A stretch of DNA of 64,000 nucleotides from Felis catus (lineage: Eukaryota), in assembly GCF_018350175.1 (NCBI RefSeq), contig NC_058368.1, forward strand, positions 220,040,001 through 220,104,000, read 5' to 3'. Shown here piece after piece: positions 38,088 through 49,455 of this stretch. How positions within the stretch are numbered: position 1 is the stretch's first letter; every line of letters starts with the position of its first letter. The translations under genes were made by a program, and so were the position numbers. A model generated the notes under the pieces. That model was not told where the DNA came from, made no database searches, and was given only the letters and a program-made list of their open reading frames with translations.

Positions 38088-39260
38088 GAAATTAAGAGAA
38101 TCTCAGAGAACAACCGTAGTTTTCTAATATACATTCTTCTCTTCAAAAGAAATTACACACTTCCTTGAGAGTGGTGATAAGACAAAATTTCCAAGTAAAT
38201 TGAAAGTTAAAAGAGAGAGTTTTAAACATCTGGATGATAATCAATTGCTGAGCAGTAAACAGCAAGAGAAAATCATAAATCATAAAAGACCAATATAATT
38301 GCTTTTTTTATGTAATTCTAAACTTAGATGTTGATTTTAGTACACTCATTAACTATACTGTCGAATTTTGCCATTACTCTGAATATGCATGATCACTTCC
38401 ATATGGAATAAACATTAGTGTAGCTGTTAAAAATAATTACTATCAATGTTAGGATATAACAATGTTACATGTTAGGATACAACTAAATTATCTAATAACA
38501 AGGGCAGCAATGAATGTTATGTGAAAAGTTAAGATTTTTCCCTAGTTTTAGAAAATAATTCTCACTAATGGAGTTTAATAGGATTCGGGGCAAAAATACT
38601 AAGTTATTGAAAAGCGCTTCTTTTCAAGTTAAAAATTCTGATGAAAATAATTGGTCTTGGAACATATGCCCATTCATATCGTGTGGCGTGTGGAGTTTAT
38701 TGGTAGAGAAAATGATAGTGGAAATAAAATTGTCAAACAAAAGTTATAATCATTGTATTATGTTATGAAATATAAAGGATGCTAAAATCCCAGAAGTGAA
38801 AAAAGAATCAGAATACATGTAAACGTTAATAAAAAAAAATAACAGTATCTTTAAAACAACAACAACAAAAATGGTGAATGTGGAGTCCCTTAAAACTGTG
38901 CAGCAATTAAAACAAAACAAAACAAAATAAAACAAAACTGTAAAACATTTTTGACCATGACCTACTTGAATAACTCTTTGTATGGCTCTTCATGACACTA
39001 TGTTCACTTGGTTTTCCTCCTACTTGGAGGAACTTGGAAAGTTCATCTGAATACTTGAAAGTTTCATTTTCCTAATCCTGAATTTGGAGAAAGGGAGGTC
39101 TTTTTACCTTAATCCCAGGCTCTTTTTCTCAAGCTACAATCCCTAAAATGGCTTAAATCACTTGTATCGATGCCTTTAAGTTCATATAACCAATGCAAAC
39201 TTCTCATAAAAACTGTATTTCCATATACCTGTTGAATAAAATATCTACTTTAGTAGTTTA

Positions 39261-39501
39261 TTTTTTAAATTTTTTTTTCAACGTTTATTTATTTTTGGGA
39301 CAGAGGGAGACAGAGCATGAACGGGGGAGGGGCAGAGAGAGAGGGAGACACAGACTCGGAAACAGGCTCCAGGCTCCGAGCCATCAGCCCAGATCCCGAC
39401 GCATCAGCCCAGAGCCCGACGCGGGGCTCGAACTCACGGACCGCGAGATCGTGACCTGGCTGAAGTCGGACGCTTAACCGACTGCGCCACCCAGGCGCCC
39501 C
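39261..39501 (-). mobile_element. young Felinae SINEC with internal 20-bp duplication
   Basis: CpG-rich cacggaccgcgagatcgtgacctggctgaagtcgg; TSD ctttagtagttta. Confidence 0.97.
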
Positions 39502-39849
39502 TGCTTTAGTAGTTTAAAATCATCACCTATACAAAGGTTTTGATTGGTATTTAGACTACATCTCTGACCCGAGGGTTAGAATATTTCTGTTGCCCAGGTT
39601 TGGATCTTATTTTTAAAATGATGGATGTTTTTCCCAGAAGAAGAACAACAGTAAATTATTTTCCCATATGGAAACAATATATATGTTCTGTGACAATACC
39701 AAGTGTGGACAAGAAATTTTTTGATCTATACAAATTAAAACGTCCCTATGAGTACATTTTCACTTGACTCTTTTATATAATTTCCATCCTCCTACCAATT
39801 TATTATATAAACATGTGCACTTTCCACTATTATCATTGTTTACTAACTG

Positions 39850-40450
39850 TGTGTGTGTGATATGATGTAATGTCAGACATTGTGTGTAAAAGAATAACAG
39901 AAGGTAAGGTAAACAACACTTACGCCCAGAAGTAGGCGTGCCCCTCCTTCTATCATCCTGCTCATCGTGGGATTGAGTCCGTTTGACCCAGTTGTGCTGG
40001 ATCTGGGCTTTGATTTTTCATCCCCCATCACATTCTAAAGCTCCAGATTTCTCTGTTAATTTCACTGTCACTGTTTTGAATGTAGAGTACTAGAGGATTT
40101 CTCCCTACTCTCAGATTTTACACAACAGGCCTTGTGTACCAGGCCAGCATAAGATGTCTCATCCCACACTGCTCCTTCCACAAAATAGACTGTCTAGTCT
40201 CGGGTTTGGACATTCTTAGAGTTCTTGCCCTTAAGAATAAGGAACACGTTCTTTCTCCTACTGAATGCAGGGCACAGAGCACAGGCACACTTACAGCTCT
40301 GCCCCCAGTGACTTAAGGTCTCTACCTTGTTATCAGAGGTTTCCGGTCTAGTGGCCATGGCTTCTTCCTTCTATTGGTAGGAGATGTAGTTGTTTCTCCA
40401 CCCCTGCCTCTGGTGGCATCCAACCTGTGCCTAGTATCATTGAGGAGTTC
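39850..40450 (-). mobile_element. ancient L1 (L1MC/L1M4-like) 5' region fragment
   Basis: cttacgcccagaagtaggcgtgcccc...gggattgagtcc...gctggatctgggctttg resembles a recalled L1MC 5'-end consensus. Confidence 0.5.
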
Positions 40451-40563
40451 ATCTTCTTTTGTTTTAATATAAGTCTACATTAAATGTATCCAACACTCAT
40501 CAATTGTCATTTTGCTGATGTCCCTTCAGTCAGCCTTTGTTTGAGAAGACTGATCTTTATTAT

Positions 40564-40740
40564 TAGTAGTTTTCAATCCTTAGCATGCTTTAGAATAACC
40601 TGGAGGTTTGGTGACACGTATTGCTAAGCAGTTCCTCTAAAGTTTCAGATTCAGTAGGTTTGAGAGAGAATGTGAAAATTTGTATTTCTGTCAAGTGTTA
40701 TGGATGGTTGCTCATCTGGGGAAAACACTGAAAATCACTG
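40564..40740. mobile_element. MER5A hAT-Charlie element
   Basis: agtttcagattcagtaggtttgag...aatttgtatttct...cactgaaaatcactg. Confidence 0.8.
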
Positions 40741-40748
40741 CTCTAGAT

Positions 40749-40759
40749 CAAAATCAGCA

Positions 40760-40816
<57 letters not shown>

Positions 40817-41030
40817 TATATATATATACAAACCCATAGGCTTCCTGTTTTAGGAAATAAAGGTTAATTGGAACAGGGCCATAATTGTGCCTTGACCAGT
40901 TTTCTATGGCTGCTTTCATGTTTTAACAGCAGAATTCAATAGTGGAGACAAAGGTCATATGATCTGCAAAACCTAAAATATGCACTATCTGCCCTTCACC
41001 AAACAGAACCAGAAAACCCTAAAACCTTTG
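40749..41030 (+). mobile_element. MER58A hAT-Charlie element with internal (TA)n and 8-bp TSD
   Basis: tcagcaaact...aataaaggttaattggaacag...tctatggctgctttc...gcaaaacctaaaata; TSD ctctagat at 40741-40748 and 41031-41038. Confidence 0.85.
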
Positions 41031-41753
41031 CTCTAGATGATACCTCAGATCTTCAGAAAGAAATTTTCCCTGAGTTCTTGAGTGTGTAAATTATCTTTTT
41101 ACTACTTCAATACTTGAAGAAAGTAATTTCAGATATAAAATCTTTGACTGAGACTCTCTTTTCTGGTCTTTTAATACCATTACTCTAGTGTTGTCTTACA
41201 TTATTTTGTTGTAGCTGATTTTCTATCCTTAATAAGCAACTTGGTATTTTGAGCTGGAAGCACAGATTTTTTTTTTTTACCTTAAAATCTAATAACTACA
41301 GCAAAATTTGCATCAGAGTTGAACATTTAGGGTAAGAATCCCCTCAAATCTATCTACAGATTACAAGCAAACCTAATCAAAATCCAACAAGATAATTTGT
41401 GTAATTTGTAGAAATTAACAGGCTGACTCTAATATTTACATAGAAGTGAATATAATCTAGATAGTAAAAAATGTAAATCTTACACTCTCTTATTAAAAAA
41501 TTACCCTAAAGTTATGGTAATCAAAATAGTGTGGTATTGTCAAACGAATACCCTGAAATAACTGAATACAAAATAAAATACAAAAATGAACCATCACTTA
41601 CCTGCTCAATAGATTTTTTTGCAATAATTATGGACCAAGTTTATGGGAAAAAGATATTCTTTCAAACAAATGGTAATAGGACAACTGGATATTTATATTG
41701 AAAATAAAAAGAACATCAGGAACATCAACAATTACTTCATAGAATATACTAAA

Positions 41754-41979
41754 TTTTTTTTAATTTTTTTTTCAACGTTTATTTATTTTTGGGACAGCGA
41801 GAGACAGAGCATGAACGGGGGAGGGGCAGAGAGAGAGGGAGACACAGAATCAGAAACAGGCTCCAGGCTCTGAGCCATCAGCCCAGAGCCTGACGCGGGG
41901 CTCGAACTCACGGACCGCGAGATCGTGACCTGGCTGAATGAAGTCGGACGCTTAACCGACTGCGCCACCCAGGCGTCCC
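41754..41979 (-). mobile_element. young Felinae SINEC, 14-bp TSD
   Basis: TSD tagaatatactaaa at 41740-41753 and 41980-41993; 4-bp tgaa duplication. Confidence 0.97.
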
Positions 41980-42687
41980 TAGAATATACTAAAATTTATT
42001 TGCATTGGACCATCGATCTAAAGACAAAAACTAAAACTGTAAAACTCCTTGATGAAAATATTAATAGCTTTGGAATTGGTAAGGTTTTCATAGATAAGAC
42101 TGCAACAGCTAAGTGATAGAAGCCATAAATACTATATGATTCAATGTTTAAGAAATTCTAGAAAAGACCAAATTATAGTAACAGAACGCAGAAAAAGATT
42201 TATTACGGTCCAGGGGTAGAGGGCAAGATTGCAGAGAGGCATGAGGAAACACTTTTAAATAATGGAACTTTTTCATATCTTGTTTGTGGTCAAGGTAACA
42301 TAACTACAAAAATGAACAAAACTTATTAAATAGGGCATCTAAAATTAGTAATTTAATGTACGAATATTATTCCTCAATAAAGCTGGTGAGAGAGAAGCAT
42401 ATATTCTTTGAAAGCAGAAATATCTTCACTGACTATATATCTAATATAATCTGTAGAAAATTAAATATACACACACACTCTATGATCTAGAAATGTCACT
42501 CCTAAATATACAACAAAGAGAAATGCAAATACATGACTGCAAGTAGGTTTTCAAAGATGTTTCTGGTATTTTGAGTCACAAAAGACAAAAACTACATACA
42601 AAGAATTTCCAAAAAGGTAAACCAATAAACAAATTGTAATACACTCATACCATGGAATACTACTCAGCTTTAAAAATGTTACAGACA

Positions 42688-42908
42688 GGGCGCCTGGGTG
42701 GCACAGTCGGTTAAGTGTCCGACTTCAGCCAGGTCACGATCTCGCGGTCCGTGAGTTCGAGCCCCGCGTCAGGCTCTGGGCTGATGGCTCGGAGCCTGCA
42801 GCCTGTTTCCGAGTCTGTGTCTCCCTCTCTCTCTGCCCCTCCCCCGTTCATGCTCTGTCTCTCTCTGTCCCAAAAATAAATAAACGTTGAAAAAAAAATT
42901 AAAAAAAA
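42688..42908 (+). mobile_element. young Felinae SINEC
   Basis: gggcgcctgggtggcacagtcgg...gtcacgatctcgcggtccgtgag; TSD gttacagaca. Confidence 0.97.
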
Positions 42909-42919
42909 GTTACAGACAA

Positions 42920-42922
<3 letters not shown>

Positions 42923-42963
<41 letters not shown>
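42923..42963. repeat. (TA)n microsatellite
   Basis: direct reading. Confidence 0.95.
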
Positions 42964-42965
<2 letters not shown>

Positions 42966-44675
42966 CATGAACATCTCTCAAAAATATGTCATTCTGCAAA
43001 AGAATTGGGGCTTTAAATGGTATACAGTATCTTCCTAACTACACGAATTTTCAAATCTGTAAATTAGAGAAAACTAGCCTGTAAAGACAAATCAGAATAG
43101 TGTCCTCCCTTAAGAAGATTGACTGGGAAGGCACAAAAGATATTTCTGGAATGGAAAATAGTCTGCAGGTTGATAGTGTTGTGTCAAGTATACACATCAT
43201 CAAAACCCATAGTATTGTGCAATTAAGATTGGTACTTTTCACTCTATGTAAATTATATCTCAATAAAACATCTTCTAGTTATCCACAAGTAAAAAATATA
43301 AATTATATTTGGTGATGTAAATAATATTACTTTGAATTTATTTGTTTGTATGATTTTGTTTTTTATTTGTCTGTCCTTAAGGAAGAATCAGCAAAAGTCT
43401 TTACAGGTTATTTTTAATGAATACAGATATATACATGATACTGAGAACATTTGTTATTACTAAATTTCATAATCACATAGTACACTAACCAGAACACACC
43501 AAAAATGCTATCTTGAGGGATATATAGAATATCTCTGTACATTATTATTAATCAAATATATGAAATTCTTTCTAAACTTGGCATTCAAAATATATTAGTA
43601 AAGGTAATATCTACTTGCAGAAGAAATAATATTCCATTTTTAAACTTTTTTTGGTAGTCTAATATTTCACCCACTTTTTTTATATCGTATTTGTGTTGTG
43701 TGAACTTAGGACCATATGTGAATTTTCATATCTTAATTTGTATTTTAACATCAGTATTTTGTATTCAGTAGCCAATTCTTGGACCTTTAAGATTGTTTTC
43801 TTGTGACACAGCAAAAGAAGCATTAATCATTGAGCACTCAAAAGATTAAAAAACAGGACACTGAATAAATTTTTTATGTAAAATATATGGGTGTTTGTGT
43901 GTATAATTTACTTCATCGGTTACCTTCAATCATCAATTTATCTTTATAATTGTTAGTATAACTTCAAAAAAGATATAGAGTAGAGTAAAGCAGATGCTTG
44001 TGTCCCTAGACCCTTAACAATTCAACAATCCGTATAATAGGTTCTAAACAATGGGGAGTCTGTAAAAAAGTCCTGTGTGGATCCCTGGCTCTCGCAAGTT
44101 GGAATGTATGGTTAATAACCTATAAAAACTTTTGCCACTTCTTCCTTAAGGACAGACAATAAGCAAATTTTGATGGACACTTCTAATGCTGGAGGCCAAA
44201 TTACTGATTTTAAAAAGTGAAATAGAGGACAAAGAAAGTGAAACCATTCACTCAATGAAATCTTCTATTTGATTAATTCAAAGCTATTTTGTTAAAAGAA
44301 TCTTTTACCGAAAACTTCATGTCAAAATATTTCATTAAAATATTTTGCAATGATTTTTTTTAGAAAGAGCAAAATAAACTCCGTATTATTTCAGAATGAA
44401 CTATCATGTTTTCTGAGAAGTGGGGGATTAATGGAAAGTCTCAGGCAAATATTTCTTCATTCAATACTACCCTATTCAGTAACAGAAAAGGAAGAAAATA
44501 ATACTATGAAATAATATCCAATTGACTGTCCAATTAATAGGAAATACATAAAACTATTCTATTACTATTATAACCACATATAAATACTATCTCTGATATA
44601 TGTTTCCTATACATCCACAAATCAACTTAAGTTCTGAAAAAGAAAATAGAATTATCCATTAAAAATGAAAACCGT

Positions 44676-45116
44676 GGGGCGCCTGGGTGGCTCAGCCGGT
44701 TAAGTGTCCGACTTCAGTTCAGGTCATGATCTCACACTCTGTGAGTTCGAGCCCCACGTCAGGCTCTGTGGTGACAGCTCGGAGCCTGGAGCCTGCTTCG
44801 GATTCTGTGTCTCCCTCTCTCTCTGCCCCTCCCCTGCTCATGCTCAGTCTCTCTCCATCTCAAAAATAAATGAAAACATTAAATTTTTTTTTGGGGGGGG
44901 ACAGAGAGAGACAGAGCATGAACGGGGGAGGGGCAGAGAGAGAGGGAGACACAGAATGGGAAACAGGCTCCAGGCTCCGAGCCATCAGCCCAGAGCCTGA
45001 CGCGGGGCTCGAACTCACGGACCGCGAGATCGTGACCTGGCTGAAGTCGGACACTTAACCGACTGCGCCACCCAGGCGCCCCTAAATGAAAACATTAAAA
45101 AAAAAACATTTTTTTT
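44676..45116 (+). mobile_element. felid SINEC whose tail is interrupted by an opposite-strand SINE
   Basis: ggggcgcctgggtggctcagccgg head; outer TSD-like aaa(t/c)gaaaacc at 44663-44673 and 45117-45127. Confidence 0.9.
44884..45082 (-). mobile_element. young Felinae SINEC nested in a SINE tail, 17-bp TSD
   Basis: TSD taaatgaaaacattaaa at 44867-44883 and 45083-45099. Confidence 0.95.
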
Positions 45117-45899
45117 AAACGAAAACCCTGTTCATTCTTGCTGAAAGAAATCCAAGTGTGAAAATAAAATTGAAGCATCAGGTTCAATGAAAATCTTTTA
45201 TAAGCCATGTGATCTCTCTTCTGGCATTTTTCCACTGAAATATGGAATCAGTCAGTCATAATTTAAAAATATTGAGTATACATTTTGTATCTATTTTAAA
45301 GGCATCAAATACAGTGTAAATTATATTTTCATTAACAAAACTAAATTTAAAATACCAGAAGACAAGCGGTTGCCAGAATAATTTTAATGAACAAGAGTTG
45401 AACACTTACTATTTTATATAGTATTCAAGAACATTCTGAAGCATTTTTCAAGGTAATAAATTGGCTTATTGAATAGGAATGTACAGTATTTTAATGAAAT
45501 ATATCAAATTTTACAGCTTTCTGTCTGTCTTCAGAGTAGCATATCTCTATTCCCAAGAATTAGGCCCTGGATACTCACCCTGTTCATTCGTGCCATTCAT
45601 GTCCGGAACTTTTCACTGTGACATATCACCATATTTGATTTGGATACATCACTGAAAGTATTAAGTAATCAGATAGTAGCCATTTTTCCCCAGGATAATT
45701 AAATGTGATTAATGTCTTACATACACTCAGAGAGAAAAAGTGATTTGTATAACCTATATTTAAATTTTAAAATGTGTGGTGAAAATAACTTATTTATCAA
45801 TTACTTTGAATACTCAGGGCATATACACACTTATAACACAATACAGGACTATAAGTTCTTGTGTTCTGAGTCTGTACCTGAGTACCAGAAGAGGATAAT

Positions 45900-46519
45900 T
45901 GTATTTGTTTTCTACTGTTGCCATAGCACAAAACCACAAACTCGGTGGCTTAAAACAACACAAATTTAGTATCTCATAGTTTTTTAGGTCAGAAGTTCTG
46001 GGTGCCTCTGTTGACTTCTCTGCTCTGGATTTCACAAAGACAAAGTCAGGGTGTCAGCCAACTGGACTCTTCTCAGGAGACTCTGGGAAACATTTACTTC
46101 CAAGTTCATTCAGGCTGTTGGCAGAATTCAGGTCCTTACAGTCATAGGACTGAGATTTCATTTCCTGCTGCCTGTCAGCTGGCAGATACCCCCAGCTCCT
46201 AGAGACTTTTCTCGGTCCCTGCACGTGGGACTCTATATCCCAGAGCCAGCAATGGTGCTTTGAATCCTGCTCATGCTTGCAGTTTCTGACTCACCTTCTG
46301 CCACATCTCTCTTGCCAGAGAAAATTCTGTATGTTTAAGGATTCATGTCATTAGATGGATTCACCCGATAGTCTAGGAAAATCTCCCTATTTTAAGGTCC
46401 ATGACTTTCATCGCATGTGCAAATGCATTTATGCCACATAATATAACATATTCACACTTTCACGGGATTAGGACAATGGCACCTCTGGTGGTGGTGGGGG
46501 TGTTATTCTGACTACCACA
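45900..46519 (-). mobile_element. MLT1E-like MaLR solo LTR
   Basis: tgtatt...ggtggcttaaaacaacacaaatt...ggcagaattcagg...attctgactaccaca; 5-bp TSD ataat/ataac. Confidence 0.9.
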
Positions 46520-47342
46520 ATAACAAACCACTTCAGTATCATAAAGGCAAGAAGTTCTAGAATCAGAAATTAAGAACAGGGCTATTTCAAATACACCCAC
46601 ATTGAATGTCTAGTTTCCCTCAGCCCTCATTTGGTAAAACAAAGCTTCTATATTTCAAGTAGACACAAAGACATTCAACCACACAATCCAGTGTTATTGG
46701 AAAATTGGAATTCTAATTCATATTTGAAAAGAGAGTTACAAAAGCTATATTAATGAAATAAGTATCAACATATATTTGAATGTATCTCTGTGTATATACA
46801 GATATGGCTGTGTGTATGTGCAGGATTTTGGAGAAAGGTGGATAGTGATGTGAAGGTTTATATCATCTACAGTGTATATATTTCTGTGTGCATGTGTGTG
46901 CGTGCATGTGGGTGTGCATGTGTGTGTGTTTATTGGATCATATTTGAGAAAAGAGTAAAGATTTGGGGAAGTTAATCTAAGATGGATTCTGCAAAAAATA
47001 GAAGGCAGTTTGATTAGCATAGTAAGTCCTTCTTGCTCTTCCTTGCTCTTTTTGATAAATCCTGAGGTAGCTGTGTTTGTTCTTTATAGCTCTGCTACAG
47101 TGCACATGCTATATATCTTTTCCTGAAGGCCAAAATGGAGTAAAGATATGGAATATGTGAAAAACACAATTACAATTTTGATCTATCCCCACTATTAGGG
47201 AAAAACATTTGTCATGAGCACAAAGGGATCAGATTACATGCAGAAAATGATTTAAGTACAAGACAAAAGCACATCTCCATATATTTCATTTATGGTAGCA
47301 GATCAGGGTTATTTTTAACACAATTCCATTATTTTTTTAATT

Positions 47343-47653
47343 AAACCTTGAAAACATTATGTGAAATAAGTCGGACACAATACGAGAAATATTACATGAT
47401 TCCACTTACATGAGGTATATAGACTAGGCAAATTCATAGGGACAGAAGGTACAACAGAGATTGCCAGGCAGAGGGAGAAAGGGAATGGGGAGTTATTTAT
47501 TAGGCACAGATATCCGGTGGGATTAATGCAAAAGTTCTGGAAATAGTGATAATGGTTGGATAATACTTTGTACTTAGTGCCACTGAATTGTTTACTTAAA
47601 AATGGTTAAAATAATAACTGTTATGTTATACGCATTTTACCACAATTAAAAAT
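47343..47653 (+). mobile_element. L1MB-type 3' UTR
   Basis: ccttgaaaacattatg...gattccacttacatgagg...cactgaattgtttacttaaaaatggttaaa...ttttaccacaattaaaaa. Confidence 0.85.
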
Positions 47654-47686
47654 GCTTTAAAATTTACCCCAACCCTTGGGAAATCA

Positions 47687-47687
<1 letters not shown>

Positions 47688-47729
<42 letters not shown>
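47688..47729. repeat. (CA)n microsatellite
   Basis: direct reading. Confidence 0.95.
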
Positions 47730-47731
<2 letters not shown>

Positions 47732-48199
47732 ACATATGCCTTCACTATTAGATAGTTCAAAGAAAAATAAACAAACACTTGATCCTAATTACTATAGAAA
47801 GACCACATTTGGAAATGTTTATGTGCCATCTTATCTGTACCTATGGGGAAAATTTTCACATAAATGTTTTATAAATAAAAAAGAAAAACAAGGCTAATAA
47901 AGTTATAAAGTTTGGGGGTAAAAATAAAATTTAACCAAATAAAGTAGAAGGAAAGAGAAATATACATGAACATAAATGTATGAAATAGAGTGTGTTTGTT
48001 GGCAAATACAAAAATTGATTAACTAAAAGGTTAATAATATAGATCATTCCTTGATAAAATTACAAAGAAAAAGGATTGAAGGTACAAAAAAAGTAGTAGA
48101 AGTAATAAAGAGGACAAATTATGTGTCTACTTTTTGTCTGCTTTTATCAGCAAAACATACTTTCTTGGAAGTAAAGATTTTCCCGTTTTATTCACTGCT

Positions 48200-48658
48200 T
48201 ATGGTTGGCAAAATAATAGTCGCCCAAAATGTTCATATCCTAATCTTAGTAACTGTAACTGCTGTTACCTTATTTGCAAAAGGGGCTTTGCAAATGTGAT
48301 TAAGGATTATTAAGAGAGCATCCAGGATTACCCAAGTGAGTCTGGTGAAATCACATCTGCCCTTTAAGTGAAAGAGGGAATAATAGAGGTCAGTATCAGA
48401 AAAATATTTGAAGATGTTTTGCTGCTAGCTTTGAAAATGGAGAAAGGGATGTCAAGTCAAGATGTGTAGGTGGCCTCTAGAAGTTGGAAAAGTTAAAGAA
48501 ATAGAGGGTTCATTAGAGTTCCCAGAAGGCTCTTTGATTTTTGACTAGTAAAATGAATTTTGGACTTCTAACATTCAGCACTGTAAGATAAATTTGTCTT
48601 GTTTTAAACCATTAAGTTTTTGATCATTCGCTATCGCAGCAATAAGGTAACTAATACA
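48200..48658 (+). mobile_element. MLT1C/D MaLR solo LTR
   Basis: gttaccttatttgcaaaaggggctttgcaaatgtgattaagg...ggcctctagaagttggaaaag...aactaataca; TSD ctgct/ctgcc. Confidence 0.9.
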
Positions 48659-49170
48659 CTGCCGTATTCTCACCGCATAGAATAGACCCTGGCACAAATT
48701 AGCCAACTAAGAAGTATTTGTTGTTGCTAAAGAAATGAACGGGAGAAGAAAATATTATATAATGGAGATACACAGGTCTCCATGTATAGTATTTACATAT
48801 ATATTCCCCCATAAACTGGATCATAGTTATACAGGTTTCTGGTATTCAACTTTAAATTTTTTGTTCATAAATATTTTAATTATATAAAAAATGCCATGTA
48901 CTTAAATAATTTTTTCATGTGAATTTCCCACGTGAATTACCTTGGGCAACTCAATATAGGAGCCACAGTATTGTCCAGAATAAAATTAAAATTAAATTAA
49001 ACCTCAAAATCTTAACTTGGGGTGAACTCTAAATAAAAAAGTTTTCAAACTCACTAGTTTCCACTTAATATCAGGAATATCCACACATGCCTACCATGTA
49101 GGCTACATGAGGATTTACATTAATATATTGAAATCATAAAGGGATGTTTAAAATGTTACTAATCACTTTC

Positions 49171-49409
49171 TTTTTTTAAATTAGTTAATTGTTTTTTAAT
49201 TTTTTAATGTTTATTTATTTCGACAGAGAGAGAGAGACAGAGCATGGGGAGGGGCACAGAGAGAGGGAGACACAGAATCCCAAGCAGACTCCAGGCTCTG
49301 AGCTGTCAGCACAGGGCCCGACATGGGACTGGAACTCACAGACCACGACATCAGGACCTGAGCTGAAGTCGGACACTCAACAGACTGAGCCACCCAGGCG
49401 CCCCAGTTA

Positions 49410-49455
<46 letters not shown>

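Larger units (their letters stand above)
41340..43270 (+). mobile_element. ancient L1 (L1MC/ME) ORF2 and 3' UTR fragments interrupted by two young SINEs
   Basis: tatctacagattacaagc...gtaatcaaaatagtgtggtattg...ggacaactggata; catggaatactactcagc; tatgtaaattatatctcaataaa. Confidence 0.7.

Noticed and set aside
38446..38483. Small imperfect duplications (also ~23570, ~39030, ~48915)
   Set aside because: Ordinary slippage products of 12-15 bp in AT-rich DNA
42688..42770. tRNA gene (A/B-box-like motifs)
   Set aside because: These are the tRNA-derived heads of SINEs, followed by SINE body, (CT)n and A-tail
37721..45058. Recurrent ORFs such as MAQSVKRPT...VSPSLSAP and RERQSMNGGGAEREGDT as a gene family
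   Set aside because: Read-through of Can-SINE consensus sequence
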